Virus record (IMG/VR): IMGVR_UViG_3300045988_136473
DNA: 35,714 bases
Strand: one strand, 5' to 3'
DNA from: a virus
The translations under genes and the position numbers were made by a program. The notes below the pieces were generated by a model. It searched no databases. It was not told where the DNA came from and saw nothing but the letters and a program-made list of their open reading frames with translations. Shown piece by piece: positions 35,629 to 35,714 of the stretch (the stretch's first letter is position 1; the number at the start of each line of letters is the position of its first letter).

Positions 35629-35714
35629 ATTGAACCGCAGAAATACGGGAAAATGCGGGTTTCTTCTTATTTTGTCAACCTACATAAACCTACAAAAAAC
35701 TACCTTACGGGATA
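35629..35714. repeat. Right copy of 86-bp terminal direct repeat
   Basis: Identical to 1..86. Confidence 0.95.

Larger units (their letters stand above)
1..35714 (+). mobile_element. Complete temperate siphovirus-like phage genome (circular/terminally redundant contig, or prophage bounded by 86-bp repeats)
   Basis: Full ordered module set from integrase to endolysin. No sheath gene, a 200-aa major tail protein and a 792-aa tape measure. Identical 86-bp ends. Confidence 0.85.

Noticed and set aside
1-35714. CRISPR arrays, rRNA genes or transposase/IS elements
   Set aside because: No regularly spaced direct repeats, no rRNA-like sequence, and no transposase-like ORF or terminal inverted repeats were seen anywhere in the window.

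Overview
The window reads as one complete temperate siphovirus-like phage genome from a low-GC Firmicutes/Clostridia-type host. Bases 1..86 are identical to 35629..35714. This implies either a circular or terminally redundant unit of 35,628 bp, or a prophage cut exactly at attL/attR. Almost all genes are on the + strand. The layout is as follows. (1) Lysogeny module on the - strand: tyrosine integrase, a small membrane protein and an XRE-S24 CI-like repressor, facing a Cro-like gene across back-to-back promoters. (2) Early, recombination and replication module: excisionase-like HTH, Rad52/Sak-like annealase, YqaJ-like exonuclease, NinB/Orf-like protein, HNH-like protein, SSB, replisome organizer, resolvase-like nuclease and two DNA methyltransferase-like genes. 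(3) Late leader, terS/terL, portal, MuF-like head protein, scaffold and major capsid. (4) Head-tail connectors, major tail protein, two chaperone ORFs, tape measure, Dit, tail and fibre proteins. (5) Holin and a three-domain endolysin. (6) An att-like non-coding region carrying two 15-nt copies of a tmRNA/tRNA-type 3' end. The most notable element is a complete diversity-generating retroelement (variable protein with VR, Avd, TR, reverse transcriptase) at 6581..8808. It sits in the early/recombination module rather than next to the tail fibre genes. Other items worth a second look: a MuF-family head protein with a C-terminal deaminase-like toxin domain plus a putative immunity gene; two promoter-hairpin-terminator modules that look like small RNAs or leaders; a Dam-like methyltransferase whose conserved N-terminus has no canonical start codon; and a likely -1 frameshift site in the tail chaperone pair. 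All calls come from reading the sequence and remembered family signatures. No database search was run.
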